Shown here: in pieces, positions 20,427 through 30,399 of the stretch
Numbering within the stretch: position 1 is the first letter of the stretch
How the letters are laid out: each line of letters starts with the position of its first letter
From: an uncultured Dehalococcoidales bacterium
Lineage (GTDB): Bacteria > Chloroflexota > Dehalococcoidia > GIF9 > AB-539-J10
Direction: 5' to 3'
Assembly: GCA_964435965.1 (NCBI GenBank)
Contig: CAYTBB010000002.1
Location: 1-63,013, forward strand
Length of the DNA: 63,013 nt
The notes under the pieces: generated by a model
The model's database searches: none
What the model was told of the DNA's origin: nothing
Seen by the model: only the letters and a program-made list of their open reading frames with translations
Position numbers and translations under genes: made by a program

Positions 20427-23276
20427 TTGTTTCGAGTTGAAATCTCTATGAAGGATGGGTTCCGAGACCCCCGAGGAGAAGCCCTACAAAAGGATGTATG
20501 CGACCTCGGCATTACAACTGTAAAACAGGTTCGAGTCAGCGATATATATCTTCTGGAGAGGAACCTAGACGAAATTGAGGTGAGAAGAATCTGCGAAGAA
20601 CTTCTGGCTGACCCCGTAGTTGAAGAATATTCCTATAACGAAGTGCCCCTACCCCAAGGCTCTCATCTCATCGAAGTCGCCTACAATCCCGGTGTGATAG
20701 ATCCTGTGGAGGAGAGTGTTAGAAAGGGAATCCGCGACCTCGGTATAACCACCGTTGACTCGGTAAGAACCGCCAAGAGATACCTGCTATGGGGTGAACT
20801 CTCGGACGAGGCTTTTCAATCTATCTGTGACAAGCTATTGGTTAATAGCGTTATCCAGCATGCCGTCACCAAGCGTGAGGCGATCTCTGTTCCATCCCTG
20901 AGATACGAGTTCGCCCTAAATACTGCAGATTTGCTAAATATGGACGATAGCGGACTAATGGAGGTGAGCAAAGACAGGCTCTGGTTGAATTTAAACGAGA
21001 TGAAACAGATCCAGGATCACTTCTCCAAACTGGGCCGTAATCCAACCGATGTCGAGGTTGAAACCTTAGCGCAAACTTGGTCTGAGCACTGCGTACATAA
21101 GACCTTTAAGAGTAAAATCAAGCTTGGTCAACTTACTATCGACAATCTACTCAAAAGTACCATTATGAGAGTCACTGAGGAATTGAAAAAGCCGTGGTGT
21201 CTTTCGGTCTTTCGAGACAATTCCGGTGTCATAGATTTCGATGGTCGCTATGCAATTTGTTTTAAGGTAGAAACACACAATCACCCATCAGCATTGGAGC
21301 CCTACGGAGGAGCCGCAACAGGGATAGGTGGCGTTATTCGCGATCCCTTGGGCACAGGGCTCGGAGCCAAGCCTATCATGAACACTGATGTGTTCTGCTT
21401 TGGGCCCCCCGATTTTCCTTATGAGAGACTCCCCAAGGGTGTCCTACATCCCCGCCGCATTTTCAGAGGCGTTCGTGCCGGAGTGGCCGACTATGCAAAC
21501 CGCCTCGGTATTCCCACACTTAATGGAGCGATACTCTTTGATGAGCGATATGTAGGAAACCCGCTGGTCTTCTGTGGAACAGTAGGATTGTTACCCACGA
21601 GCATGAGTCAAATACGCCAGCAGGAACCAGGGGATTTGGTCGTTCTGGTGGGAGGTAGAACTGGGCGTGATGGAATTCATGGTGCTACTTTTGCTTCAGC
21701 AGAGCTTACCAAAGAGTCTGAAATTATTTCTTCCACTTCTATTCAAATAGGTAATCCCATCATGGAGAAAAAGCTGATTGACATCCTCATTAGGGCACGG
21801 GACCGGGGACTTTATCGGCGAATCACCGATTGTGGCGGTGGTGGACTTTCATCAGCAGTGGGAGAAATGGCTGCCAAAACAGGGGTACGAGTCTACTTGG
21901 AACGAGTCCCTTTGAAGTATTCAGGACTCTCCTACACAGAGATATGGTTGTCTGAATCACAGGAGCGAATGTTGCTGGCTGTCCCGCCAAGCACCATTGA
22001 GCAGTTGATTGCCCTTTTCCAGAGCGAAGATGTGGAAGCTACAGTCATCGGCGAGTTCACTGGTAACCGGCATCTCCAGCTTTTCTATGACGGAAATCCC
22101 ATTGGCGACCTTGATATGGAATTTCTGCATAATGGTCTGCCTCAACTCGGGCGAGAAGCGGTGTGGGAGCTGCCGCAATATGCCGAGCCGGACTTTCCAC
22201 CACCCCCCGACCTGCGGGGAGACCTGTTGCGCATCCTGGGCTCGTGGAATGTTTGCTCCAAGGAATGGGTGATACGCCAATACGACCACGAGGTACAGGG
22301 TGGTAGTGTCCTCAAACCCCTGGTAGGGGCAAATAATGACGGTCCCAGCGATGCCGCTATTATCAGACCAATACTTGATTCAGACATGGGTGTCATCGTT
22401 TCTAATGGCATCAACCCCAAATATGGAGACATTGACCCTTACTGGATGGCTGCCTCTGCCATAGACGAAGCATTGAGGCAAATTATTGCTGTCGGAGGTA
22501 GCCTTCAAAAGGTAGCGCTGCTAGACAACTTCTGTTGGGGCAATCCAGACAAGCCTGACAGACTTGGTGGCTTAGTGCGAGCGGCGCAAGCGTGTTACGA
22601 CATTGCGATTGCGTACGAGACCCCTTTTATCTCTGGCAAGGATAGCCTGTACAATGAGTATGAGACTGAAAAAGAGAGCATCTGTATTCCACCTACGCTT
22701 CTCATCTCTGCGGTGGCAGTGATTGCAAATGTAAACAGAGCAGTTTCTATGGACTGCAAGCAGGAAGGTGACCTGATCTATATTGTCGGTACCACGCTGA
22801 ATGAGCTCGGCGGTTCGCACTACTACGGTATTCGTGGCTATATAGGCAACAATGTACCCAAGGTAAACCCCAGGAAGGGGAAGGGGCTTATGAATGCCCT
22901 TAGCACAGCCATAGAGAAGGGTCTGGTCAGGGCTTGCCATGATTGCAGTGAGGGTGGCATTGGGGTAGCCGCCGCTGAGATGGCCTTCGCCGCAGGGCTT
23001 GGGATGACAATTTCTCTGAAGCAAGTTCCGCTAGGCGAACCGATAAATCGAGACGATATCGTGCTCTTCTCTGAATCTAACACTCGTTTTTTGGTAGAGG
23101 TGGCTCCAAAACATAAGGCTAAGTTCGAGAATATGATGACCGGAGTCGATTTTGCTGCTATTGGTCGGGTCACAAATAAACAAAGATTAGAGGTGTATGG
23201 ACTTACAGGCAAGAGGGTGCTTTCAGCACCTCTTGCCGAACTAAAAGAGGCTTGGCAGAAACCGCTCCGATGGTAA
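20427..23276 (+). CDS. purL: phosphoribosylformylglycinamidine synthase, PurS-PurS-PurL fusion
   Basis: Two N-terminal PurS-like repeats (..KDGFRDPRGEAL..GITTV..VR and ..NPGVIDPVEESV..GITTV..VR). A PurL body follows (VETHNHPSALEPYGGAATG, GGRTGRDGIHGA). TTG start with an AAAGGAG RBS. Confidence 0.9.
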   Translation: MFRVEISMKDGFRDPRGEALQKDVCDLGITTVKQVRVSDIYLLERNLDEIEVRRICEELLADPVVEEYSYNEVPLPQGSHLIEVAYNPGVIDPVEESVRKGIRDLGITTVDSVRTAKRYLLWGELSDEAFQSICDKLLVNSVIQHAVTKREAISVPSLRYEFALNTADLLNMDDSGLMEVSKDRLWLNLNEMKQIQDHFSKLGRNPTDVEVETLAQTWSEHCVHKTFKSKIKLGQLTIDNLLKSTIMRVTEELKKPWCLSVFRDNSGVIDFDGRYAICFKVETHNHPSALEPYGGAATGIGGVIRDPLGTGLGAKPIMNTDVFCFGPPDFPYERLPKGVLHPRRIFRGVRAGVADYANRLGIPTLNGAILFDERYVGNPLVFCGTVGLLPTSMSQIRQQEPGDLVVLVGGRTGRDGIHGATFASAELTKESEIISSTSIQIGNPIMEKKLIDILIRARDRGLYRRITDCGGGGLSSAVGEMAAKTGVRVYLERVPLKYSGLSYTEIWLSESQERMLLAVPPSTIEQLIALFQSEDVEATVIGEFTGNRHLQLFYDGNPIGDLDMEFLHNGLPQLGREAVWELPQYAEPDFPPPPDLRGDLLRILGSWNVCSKEWVIRQYDHEVQGGSVLKPLVGANNDGPSDAAIIRPILDSDMGVIVSNGINPKYGDIDPYWMAASAIDEALRQIIAVGGSLQKVALLDNFCWGNPDKPDRLGGLVRAAQACYDIAIAYETPFISGKDSLYNEYETEKESICIPPTLLISAVAVIANVNRAVSMDCKQEGDLIYIVGTTLNELGGSHYYGIRGYIGNNVPKVNPRKGKGLMNALSTAIEKGLVRACHDCSEGGIGVAAAEMAFAAGLGMTISLKQVPLGEPINRDDIVLFSESNTRFLVEVAPKHKAKFENMMTGVDFAAIGRVTNKQRLEVYGLTGKRVLSAPLAELKEAWQKPLRW

Positions 23277-23288
23277 GACATTGAATTA

Positions 23289-24059
23289 ATGGCTAAAGTA
23301 AAGACACTTATATTACGCGCCCCCGGGACAAACTGTGACGTGGAAACAGTATTTGCTTTTGAACAGGCTGGCTCAGTAGTAGAATCCGCACATATCAATG
23401 AACTCGTACGCCGAGAAAAGCTGCTTTTCAATTACCAGATAATGGTCATACCTGGTGGTTTTACCTATGGTGATGATATCTCAGCCGGGAAAATCTTAGC
23501 TAATGAACTAAGGCTAAAGCTAGGAGAAGATATCAAAAGGTTTGTTAATGACGGAAGGCTCATCTTGGGAATCTGCAATGGTTTTCAGGTTCTGGTGAAG
23601 GCTAGAATTCTACCTAGATTAGGGGGTAAAAAATCCCAACCATTAACCTTAGCTAGCAATGATTCTGGCAAGTTTGAGTGCCGTTGGGTCTATCTACAGG
23701 TCAACGAGACAAGTCCCTGTATATTTACCCGGGGCATAAGCACAATGTACCTTCCTGTAGCCCACGGGGAGGGCAAGGTCTTAGCTGAACCTGGGGTAGC
23801 AGAGAGGCTAAATATAGTCCTATACTACACTGATGAGAAGGGAGACATTCTAGCTGGGTATCCTTATAACCCGAATGGCTCAGTAGGTAATATAGCTGGC
23901 ATATGTGATGTTTCTGGGCGTGTCTTTGGCTTAATGCCGCATCCTGAACGTTTTGTCCGCTGGACGCAGCATCCGAAGTGGCTTAGAGAGCCGCTGAGAG
24001 ACTATGGAGACGGCTTGCAGATTTTTATAAACGCCGTTCAATGGGCAAAAACCATCTGA
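23289..24059 (+). CDS. purQ: phosphoribosylformylglycinamidine synthase, glutaminase subunit PurQ
   Basis: LILRAPGTNCD, GGFTYGDD, GICNGFQ and MPHPER. Confidence 0.9.
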   Translation: MAKVKTLILRAPGTNCDVETVFAFEQAGSVVESAHINELVRREKLLFNYQIMVIPGGFTYGDDISAGKILANELRLKLGEDIKRFVNDGRLILGICNGFQVLVKARILPRLGGKKSQPLTLASNDSGKFECRWVYLQVNETSPCIFTRGISTMYLPVAHGEGKVLAEPGVAERLNIVLYYTDEKGDILAGYPYNPNGSVGNIAGICDVSGRVFGLMPHPERFVRWTQHPKWLREPLRDYGDGLQIFINAVQWAKTI

Positions 24060-24108
24060 AATGAGTAGGTATTCATAGATGTCCTGCGGGAAATACCGGC
24101 TTGGCAAG

Positions 24109-24136
24109 GAAGCTGACTGACGCATAATTCAGCTTC
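24109..24136 (+). terminator. hairpin downstream of purQ (possible weak terminator or operator)
   Basis: GAAGCTGA - 12 nt - TCAGCTTC, a perfect 8-bp stem. No clear U-tract follows. Confidence 0.3.
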
Positions 24137-24240
24137 TGAGTTAACTGGTGCCCTGCGATTGTATAGCTATTTCTGCTGATTTAATGTTGATAACAGGGCT
24201 CAGTGGGTATGAGCTATTCAACTTTTGAGGTAGGAGTGGT

Positions 24241-25278
24241 ATGATGGCTCCAGATTATCTCAGAGACTTAAGAGAGGTCCGTATGGTGCAAGATGCCAGC
24301 TATGAAACAGAAAGCAAGCTAATATCCATTCTCAGGATCTTAAGTGAGGCCTCGGAACCCCTTGGGTCGATTACCATTGCTCGCAAACTTGAGTGCGAAG
24401 GAGTTTTCCTGAGTGAGAGGGCAGTCAGATATCACCTGAGAACAACGGACGAGCGTGGTTATACTCAACCGATGGGTCGGGATGGCAGAATGATTACTCC
24501 TGAAGGACGTCAGGAGATCAAGGAAGCATTAGCACCAAGGCAACTAGGCTTTGTACGTGAGAAGCTTGAGATGCTGGCCTTCCAAACCACATTTGACCCC
24601 CAAAAACGAACTGGTCAATTATCCGTAAATACCTCACTCATCGACAAGGACAAGTTCAAAAAGGCAATATCAGCTATGAAGGATGCATTCAAGGCTGGAA
24701 TTTGTGTCAGTGATTTAGTGGCCACAGCGTCCGAAGGAGGAAAACTCGGTTTTGTGGTCGTGCCAAGTGGGAAAATTGGCTTGGCTACTGTTTGCAGCGT
24801 GGTCATAAATGGTGTGCTTCTTAAGGCTGGTGTTCCTACAGAGTACAGGTTTGGAGGCGTGCTCGAAGTTAGAAAGCTAAAGCCAAGGCGCTTTGTGGCT
24901 ATAATCGAATATTCTGGTACATCCCTCGATCCCTCTGAGCAGTTTATCCGTGCTAAAATGACGAACGTTGGTGAAGCATCGAGGACAGGGAATGGCAAAA
25001 TACTGGGTGTTTTTCGCACAATTCCGGCACCAGCCAGAGAAGTCTTCGAAGAGAAGGTTGCTATGCTCAAAGAGGCTGGCATTGATGGGGTTTACGCCTT
25101 GGGGAATACCAGCGAGCCGCTTTGTCAGATCACAGTAGCGTTGAATCGGATCGGTATTATACAACTCGGTGGTCTCAATCCGGTGGCGGCAGCCGTTGAG
25201 GCTGGATTTGAGATCGAAAACATGGCCGAGAGTGGACTGATTGATTTCGAGCAGTTACATAGCGTTTGGCAGTTGTAA
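24241..25278 (+). CDS. nrpR: NrpR-like nitrogen regulatory protein (winged-helix domain plus one NrpR/DUF128 domain)
   Basis: N-terminal wHTH (LISILRILSEASEPLGSITIARKL..RAVRYHL..GRMITPEGRQEI). The body has a pattern I recognise from archaeal NrpR (VN.S......F; GK.G..TVCS..NG.LLK.G.P; YSG.S.DP; FR.IP..AR; GG.NP.AA). Called from memory without an alignment. Confidence 0.6.
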   Translation: MMAPDYLRDLREVRMVQDASYETESKLISILRILSEASEPLGSITIARKLECEGVFLSERAVRYHLRTTDERGYTQPMGRDGRMITPEGRQEIKEALAPRQLGFVREKLEMLAFQTTFDPQKRTGQLSVNTSLIDKDKFKKAISAMKDAFKAGICVSDLVATASEGGKLGFVVVPSGKIGLATVCSVVINGVLLKAGVPTEYRFGGVLEVRKLKPRRFVAIIEYSGTSLDPSEQFIRAKMTNVGEASRTGNGKILGVFRTIPAPAREVFEEKVAMLKEAGIDGVYALGNTSEPLCQITVALNRIGIIQLGGLNPVAAAVEAGFEIENMAESGLIDFEQLHSVWQL

Positions 25279-25857
25279 GACAAATACCTAATTGGGTAGA
25301 CTAGGTCGCTCAGCTATGTGTGTATCTCATGATGACGACAAACGCTACGAACACCTCACAGCATGTGCAACATAGGCAACATTTGTCCAGAACGTTCAGC
25401 GTAAGTAACAAAAGCCTGTTTTGTTACCTCATTGTGCGATCGCCCAGCCAGAATATTACCTGCTAGTTGCTGGTCAGGGACTTTATTGCTACAATTATTG
25501 GCAATAGTAGCGGCTGGGTCAAATACTGAGGCGAAAAGCCAGTTCGAAGGTTCTGCCTATCGTCCAGTAGCGCCCACCAAACACAAAACCCAAGGGCTCA
25601 TGCGAGATATATCCCTAATAAAAACAAAAGCATTCCCTTTTTTCATAATCGAATCTATTCCCCCACATTGCTTTGGGTGGCGCCATACCCACAAAGTGTA
25701 GAAATAGCAAGAATCAAGCCAAAATGTGACCTTCTAGCCAGAATTCGGAGATATTCAGCTCGGGAAAAGTGAAGTGGGAGGACTTGCTGGTGTATAATGA
25801 GTCTTAGAGGAGTGAGAATAACGTTGAAAGCCATTAGCTCCCCTCAAGGAGAAGATT

Positions 25858-26439
25858 ATGGAAGATAGAGTTGCGATTTTCATAGATGGAAGTAATTTGT
25901 ATCATGCTCTACAAAGTAATTTTAAGCGCCATAACCTCAACTTTGCAGAGTTTGCTAATAAGCTCACTGGTTCGAGACACTTGTTCCGAACATACTATTA
26001 CAACGTCTTGCAAGACCCAGCCCGATGGCCTGACGGCTACCGCGAACAACAGGAGTTCCTTGATATTCTCCGTAAGACGCCATATCTAGAGGTTCGACTA
26101 GGGAGTACCAAAATGGCTCAGGGTGTCCCTGTGGAAAAGGGCATAGATATTATGTTGGCCACAGATCTGCTACATTTCGCCTGGAATGGCCTTTACGATG
26201 TGGCAGTGCTGGTGAGCGGGGACTCTGACTTCGCTTATGCTCTTCAAGCGGTGAAGAACATGGGCAAGCATGTTGAGGTGGCTCATTTCGAAAGCAACGT
26301 ATCTAAGGACCTCCTGGATGTAGCCGATAACCGGCACCTGCTGAACCAAAACTTCTTTAAGGGCTTGTGGTCAGGTAAACGCCGTACCAAACGTAAAAGA
26401 GTAGGCGAAGTAGTGGGAAGGCAAACTCCGTCTGGGTAA
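25858..26439 (+). CDS. NYN (LabA-like/DUF88) domain protein
   Basis: RVAIFIDGSNLYHAL..., GIDIMLATDLL and AVLVSGDSDFAYA. Basic C-terminal tail. Confidence 0.75.
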   Translation: MEDRVAIFIDGSNLYHALQSNFKRHNLNFAEFANKLTGSRHLFRTYYYNVLQDPARWPDGYREQQEFLDILRKTPYLEVRLGSTKMAQGVPVEKGIDIMLATDLLHFAWNGLYDVAVLVSGDSDFAYALQAVKNMGKHVEVAHFESNVSKDLLDVADNRHLLNQNFFKGLWSGKRRTKRKRVGEVVGRQTPSG

Positions 26440-26605
26440 TAAGTAAGTCTCCCTTAACAAGCCCAGAATTTGAAGAGTGGGTGCTGAAGTAACATCACTT
26501 CTACTGAGCTTATGAGCTTGCTCTATGTGCGATAGTTTGAATTTGCCCAGTGAACTGAGTAGACTCAATATAGGTTTATTAAAGGCGACAAATTAAAGGA
26601 TAAGA

Positions 26606-27271
26606 ATGGCTAAAGATTACTATCAAGTTCTAGGAGTGCCAAGAAACGCCTCTGATGAGGAGATCAAAAAGGCCTATAGAAAACTGGCTATGCAGTATCA
26701 TCCAGATCGCAACCTAGGAAAAGAAAAGTGGGCTAATGAAAAGTTTAAGGAAATAAATGAAGCCTACGGAGTCCTCGGTGATCCTCAGAAAAGAAGGCAA
26801 TACGACCAATTTGGCACAGTTGGCAATGTTGGTGACATTTTTGGAAGCCCCTCTACCAGGACAACCTTCGAGGATAGTTTGAAGGATTTCAACGGAGCTG
26901 GCCTTGGATTTGGTTTTCTGGATAACATATTTGGCGATTTCCTGCGGGGTAGAGGTTATTCATTCTCCTTCAAAAATTTTGCCGGGCCGGGAGGTGTAAG
27001 GTTTGAAGCTCGGCCAGGAGAAAAGATTAATCTCGATGAGATATTTGCCCAAACTCAGAGAGCCCAACGCCAAAATATCAACTATGAACTTATGATTTCT
27101 CCCAAAGAGGCCTCCCAGGGGACAATAAAATTGCTGAGAAGAAAAGGGAAAAGGCTGGAAGTGAAGATTCCACCGGGAATAAAAACAGGTAGTGTAGTCA
27201 GACTGAGTAATGCCCGCCAAATAACTGATGGTCAATCTGGAGATATCTTAATTCGAATTAGAATAAGTTGA
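26606..27271 (+). CDS. J-domain (DnaJ-like) protein lacking the zinc-finger domain
   Basis: [36 protein letters not shown], and a short DnaJ C-terminal-like segment. Confidence 0.8.
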   Translation: MAKDYYQVLGVPRNASDEEIKKAYRKLAMQYHPDRNLGKEKWANEKFKEINEAYGVLGDPQKRRQYDQFGTVGNVGDIFGSPSTRTTFEDSLKDFNGAGLGFGFLDNIFGDFLRGRGYSFSFKNFAGPGGVRFEARPGEKINLDEIFAQTQRAQRQNINYELMISPKEASQGTIKLLRRKGKRLEVKIPPGIKTGSVVRLSNARQITDGQSGDILIRIRIS

Positions 27272-27359
27272 CTCCGCTATTGACCTTGCTGGTTAATTTG
27301 ACAAGGAAGAAATAGGGATAATACCCAAAAGCAAGCTTTAGAAAGGTGAGAGCAGAAAA

Positions 27360-27755
27360 TTAGCGCTTGGTATATTGCGGCGCCTTGCGAGCTCGTTTAA
27401 GACCGTATTTCTTACGCTCTTTGATCCTGGCATCTCGAGTGAGCAAGCCTTCTTTACGTAGAGCAAGTTTAAACAGTTCACTCTCCTTGACCAGAGCCCG
27501 GGCAATACCATGACGGATGGCTCCAGCTTGACCACTCGCACCACCACCCTCGACCTTCACCGTAACACGAAATTTACCTATAGTGTCAGTGACTAGAAGA
27601 GGAGATTCGATCATGTGGCGATGCTCAAGGCGTGAGAAAAGCTCTTCATAAGGCTTACCGTTAATCGTTATCCCTCCATTCCCAGGAAAGAGCCTGACCT
27701 GAGCTATAGCACACTTACGCTTACCCGTTGCCCAGATATAGCTTTTATCAGTCAT
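27360..27755 (-). CDS. rpsI: 30S ribosomal protein S9
   Basis: ..[12 protein letters not shown].. and ..[18 protein letters not shown] at the C-terminus. Sits downstream of rplM. Confidence 0.92.
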   Translation of the reverse strand: MTDKSYIWATGKRKCAIAQVRLFPGNGGITINGKPYEELFSRLEHRHMIESPLLVTDTIGKFRVTVKVEGGGASGQAGAIRHGIARALVKESELFKLALRKEGLLTRDARIKERKKYGLKRARKAPQYTKR

Positions 27756-28288
27756 AAGTTATCACCTTTCCTTTCTAACACTTCACCTCCCTCGCTCTCT
27801 GTAGGTTCTGAGCGTCGCGAAGAATCTCTTGACTCTTCGGGGAGTTTACCCTGAGCGAGGGGCTCAGGGTGACAAAAAGAAGTCTGGGCATGGTGAGGAT
27901 GCTCAGACCCAGGATAAACTCTAAGCTTCTTAAACATAGCCCGGCCCAAACGATTGTGGGGCAACATGCCCTTAACAGCAAATTCAACAACACGGGTAGG
28001 ATGGCTACTAAACACTTCCTTAAAGGTCGGGCTTTTTAAACCTCCAGGATATCCAGAATGTCTGTAGTAAATCTTTTGCTCAGCTTTCTTCCCAGATACC
28101 CTTACTTTAGCAGCATTAATTACCACAACGTAGTCACCAGTATCAAGATGAGGAGCATAAACTGGTTTATGCTTGCCCATAAGCAACCTAGCTACCTGAG
28201 ATGCCAACCTGCCCAGAGTTTTCCCTGTGGCATCAACTAGGTGCCATTCTCGCTTAATATCCCCAACACCGGGGCTATAAGTTTTCAC
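27752..28288 (-). CDS. rplM: 50S ribosomal protein L13 with a charged C-terminal extension of about 35 aa
   Basis: (V)[42 protein letters not shown] start at 28288 with GGGAG upstream. The tail after EHPHHAQ is longer than in the L13 proteins I know. Confidence 0.88.
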   Translation of the reverse strand: MKTYSPGVGDIKREWHLVDATGKTLGRLASQVARLLMGKHKPVYAPHLDTGDYVVVINAAKVRVSGKKAEQKIYYRHSGYPGGLKSPTFKEVFSSHPTRVVEFAVKGMLPHNRLGRAMFKKLRVYPGSEHPHHAQTSFCHPEPLAQGKLPEESRDSSRRSEPTESEGGEVLERKGDNL

Positions 28289-29081
28289 CTTCGACTCCCA
28301 CAAGCTTCGTAGTTGAGGACTTAAGCCCCGAAGGGGGTTTAGAATAATTGACCTTGGTCAGCCATAAGCCACAAGCAGGTGCCCTAGGGCCAGCTAAACC
28401 CAGGCTCTTCGCCTCCATAATATCACAGAAATCCCCAACACCTGTTTTGCCTAGACCCAATCTGAGCAAGAGTCCCACTGTATTACGCACCTGATGAGGC
28501 AAAAAGGAATTAGCTTCCACATGAAAAATAACAAAAGCTTCTCTTTTGCTAATCTTCGCTTCGTAAACGTGGCGCACCGTACTTCCCACGCTACCTAAAG
28601 AAGTGGCGAAGGACATAAAATCATGCTTACCTTGCATAAGCTGACATGCCCTGCTCATAACTTCAATATCTAAAATTTTGGGCATAAATAGAGCGAACAT
28701 TTTGCTGAATGGCGACCTAGTCTCACTATTTAAAATATAATAACAATATTCCCGACTTAAAGCATCGCGCCTGACATTGAAATCATTGCTCACCTTATAA
28801 GCTACTTTGACGGCGATATCATCGGGTAAATAATAGTTTACCGCTTTAACTAATGTCAGTGTACTCAACGCAGGCTTAGCCCAGAAACTTACCACTTGCC
28901 CTTTAGCATGCACACCAGCATCAGTCCTACTGGCTCCCATGACTCGGCTACTCTGTCCACAAAGTTTTTTTATAGCTCGCTCCAACTCAGCCTGAATAGT
29001 AGCTAAGCCAGCTTGCCACTGAAAGCCATGATACCGCGTGCCATCATACTCTACAACTAAAACAAATTTTGTAAAGCTCAC
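28275..29081 (-). CDS. truA: tRNA pseudouridine(38-40) synthase TruA
   Basis: [15 protein letters not shown] and [15 protein letters not shown]. Confidence 0.88.
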   Translation of the reverse strand: MSFTKFVLVVEYDGTRYHGFQWQAGLATIQAELERAIKKLCGQSSRVMGASRTDAGVHAKGQVVSFWAKPALSTLTLVKAVNYYLPDDIAVKVAYKVSNDFNVRRDALSREYCYYILNSETRSPFSKMFALFMPKILDIEVMSRACQLMQGKHDFMSFATSLGSVGSTVRHVYEAKISKREAFVIFHVEANSFLPHQVRNTVGLLLRLGLGKTGVGDFCDIMEAKSLGLAGPRAPACGLWLTKVNYSKPPSGLKSSTTKLVGVEGENL

Positions 29082-29434
29082 TGTTTAACCAGTTCGATTT
29101 GAGCCATGGGAGCATTATCACCGCAGCGAGGCCCCAATTTCACTAACCGTGTATAGCCCCCAGTTCGGTCAGCATACTCTGAAGCAATCTCGCCAACCAG
29201 CTTTTCAACTACCTTTTTATCAGTAATAAAAGCTAAAGCTCGCCGCCTTGAAGCAAGACCACCTTCCTTCCCCAACGTAATCATCCTTTCAGCTAAGCCC
29301 TGAATCTCCTTAGCTTTGGCCTCGGTGGTGCTAATCTTCCCATAAGCTAAAAGAGCAGTTACCTGATTACGGTATAGTGCCCAGCGGTGATGGGTAAGCC
29401 TACCTAACTTCCGTCCAACTACTCGATGCCTCAT
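29078..29434 (-). CDS. rplQ: 50S ribosomal protein L17
   Basis: MRHRVVGRKLGRLTHHRWAL. Sits downstream of rpoA. Confidence 0.92.
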   Translation of the reverse strand: MRHRVVGRKLGRLTHHRWALYRNQVTALLAYGKISTTEAKAKEIQGLAERMITLGKEGGLASRRRALAFITDKKVVEKLVGEIASEYADRTGGYTRLVKLGPRCGDNAPMAQIELVKQ

Positions 29435-30399
29435 TCCCCTTTACCTTTTGTCTCAAAGTTGATAGGAAAACCTAATTTTGTAATTAGTTCCTCCACCTCA
29501 CTTCGAGACTTTGCTCCAAGACCAGGTAATGGCGGCAATCCTTCCCTGCTCTTCTCCACGAGTTGCCCTAAATTCGAAATACCGCCTCTCCTTAAACTAT
29601 TGCGCGCACGAGTGGATAGACCTAATTCGTCTAGAGGAGTATCATATTGCTCAGGTGGAATTAGCAAACCACCGTCTAACCTCACTTGCTCTGCCACTGG
29701 AACCTCGAGAGCCCTAAAAGGGGCAAGCTGATTAATTAAGATATCAGCACTTTGACTAACCGCTTCCCTTGGAGAAATGGTGCTGTCAGTCCAAACTTCC
29801 AAGACAAGCCTTTCAGCGCTTCTTTCTTCTCCAAGTCTGATAGACTCTACCAAGAAATTAGCTTTTTGCACCGGAGTAAAAATAGCATCCACTGGCAATG
29901 CTCCCACAGGTAGGCCATCAGCTGATTTAGCCGGTATATAACCCCTTCCCAATTCCACATTGAGCTCAACATAAAGTTTAGCCTGGGAAGAATCCAAGGT
30001 GGCTAAGTAGAGCTCCGGATTAGCAATTTGGAAATCTGTCGATGGCTTAATATCGGCAGCGTAAACTTTGCCTTCCCCCTCTACCTCTAGGAACAACTTC
30101 CCTGGCTGGTAAGAAAGAGGACGAAGCCTTAGTTCCCTAACATTCAGTAAGAATTCGATGACATCCTCTTTAACGCGAGGAATGGGGGAAAATTCGTGCT
30201 GGATCCCTTCGATCTTGACCCACGTTGTCGCCGCGCCAGGTAAGGAACTGAGGAGCACACGACGCATGGCATTACCTAGAGTAACGCTAAAACCAGTCTC
30301 TAAAGGTTCAGCAACAAAGCGCCCATAATTACCAGCGCTTTCGACACACTTTATTATTGGTATAGGTAGCTCCACCAGTAAATAGTCCTCCTGTATCAC
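29431..30399 (-). CDS. rpoA: DNA-directed RNA polymerase alpha subunit
   Basis: GNAMRRVLLSSLPGAA in the N-terminal domain and LSTRARNSLRRGGI in the C-terminal domain. Alpha-operon position. Confidence 0.92.
   Translation of the reverse strand: MIQEDYLLVELPIPIIKCVESAGNYGRFVAEPLETGFSVTLGNAMRRVLLSSLPGAATTWVKIEGIQHEFSPIPRVKEDVIEFLLNVRELRLRPLSYQPGKLFLEVEGEGKVYAADIKPSTDFQIANPELYLATLDSSQAKLYVELNVELGRGYIPAKSADGLPVGALPVDAIFTPVQKANFLVESIRLGEERSAERLVLEVWTDSTISPREAVSQSADILINQLAPFRALEVPVAEQVRLDGGLLIPPEQYDTPLDELGLSTRARNSLRRGGISNLGQLVEKSREGLPPLPGLGAKSRSEVEELITKLGFPINFETKGKGE

Noticed and set aside
25432-25701. 89-aa + strand ORF in the long nrpR-NYN spacer.
   Set aside because: Non-ATG start, no RBS, composition unlike a real protein, and no recognisable motif.
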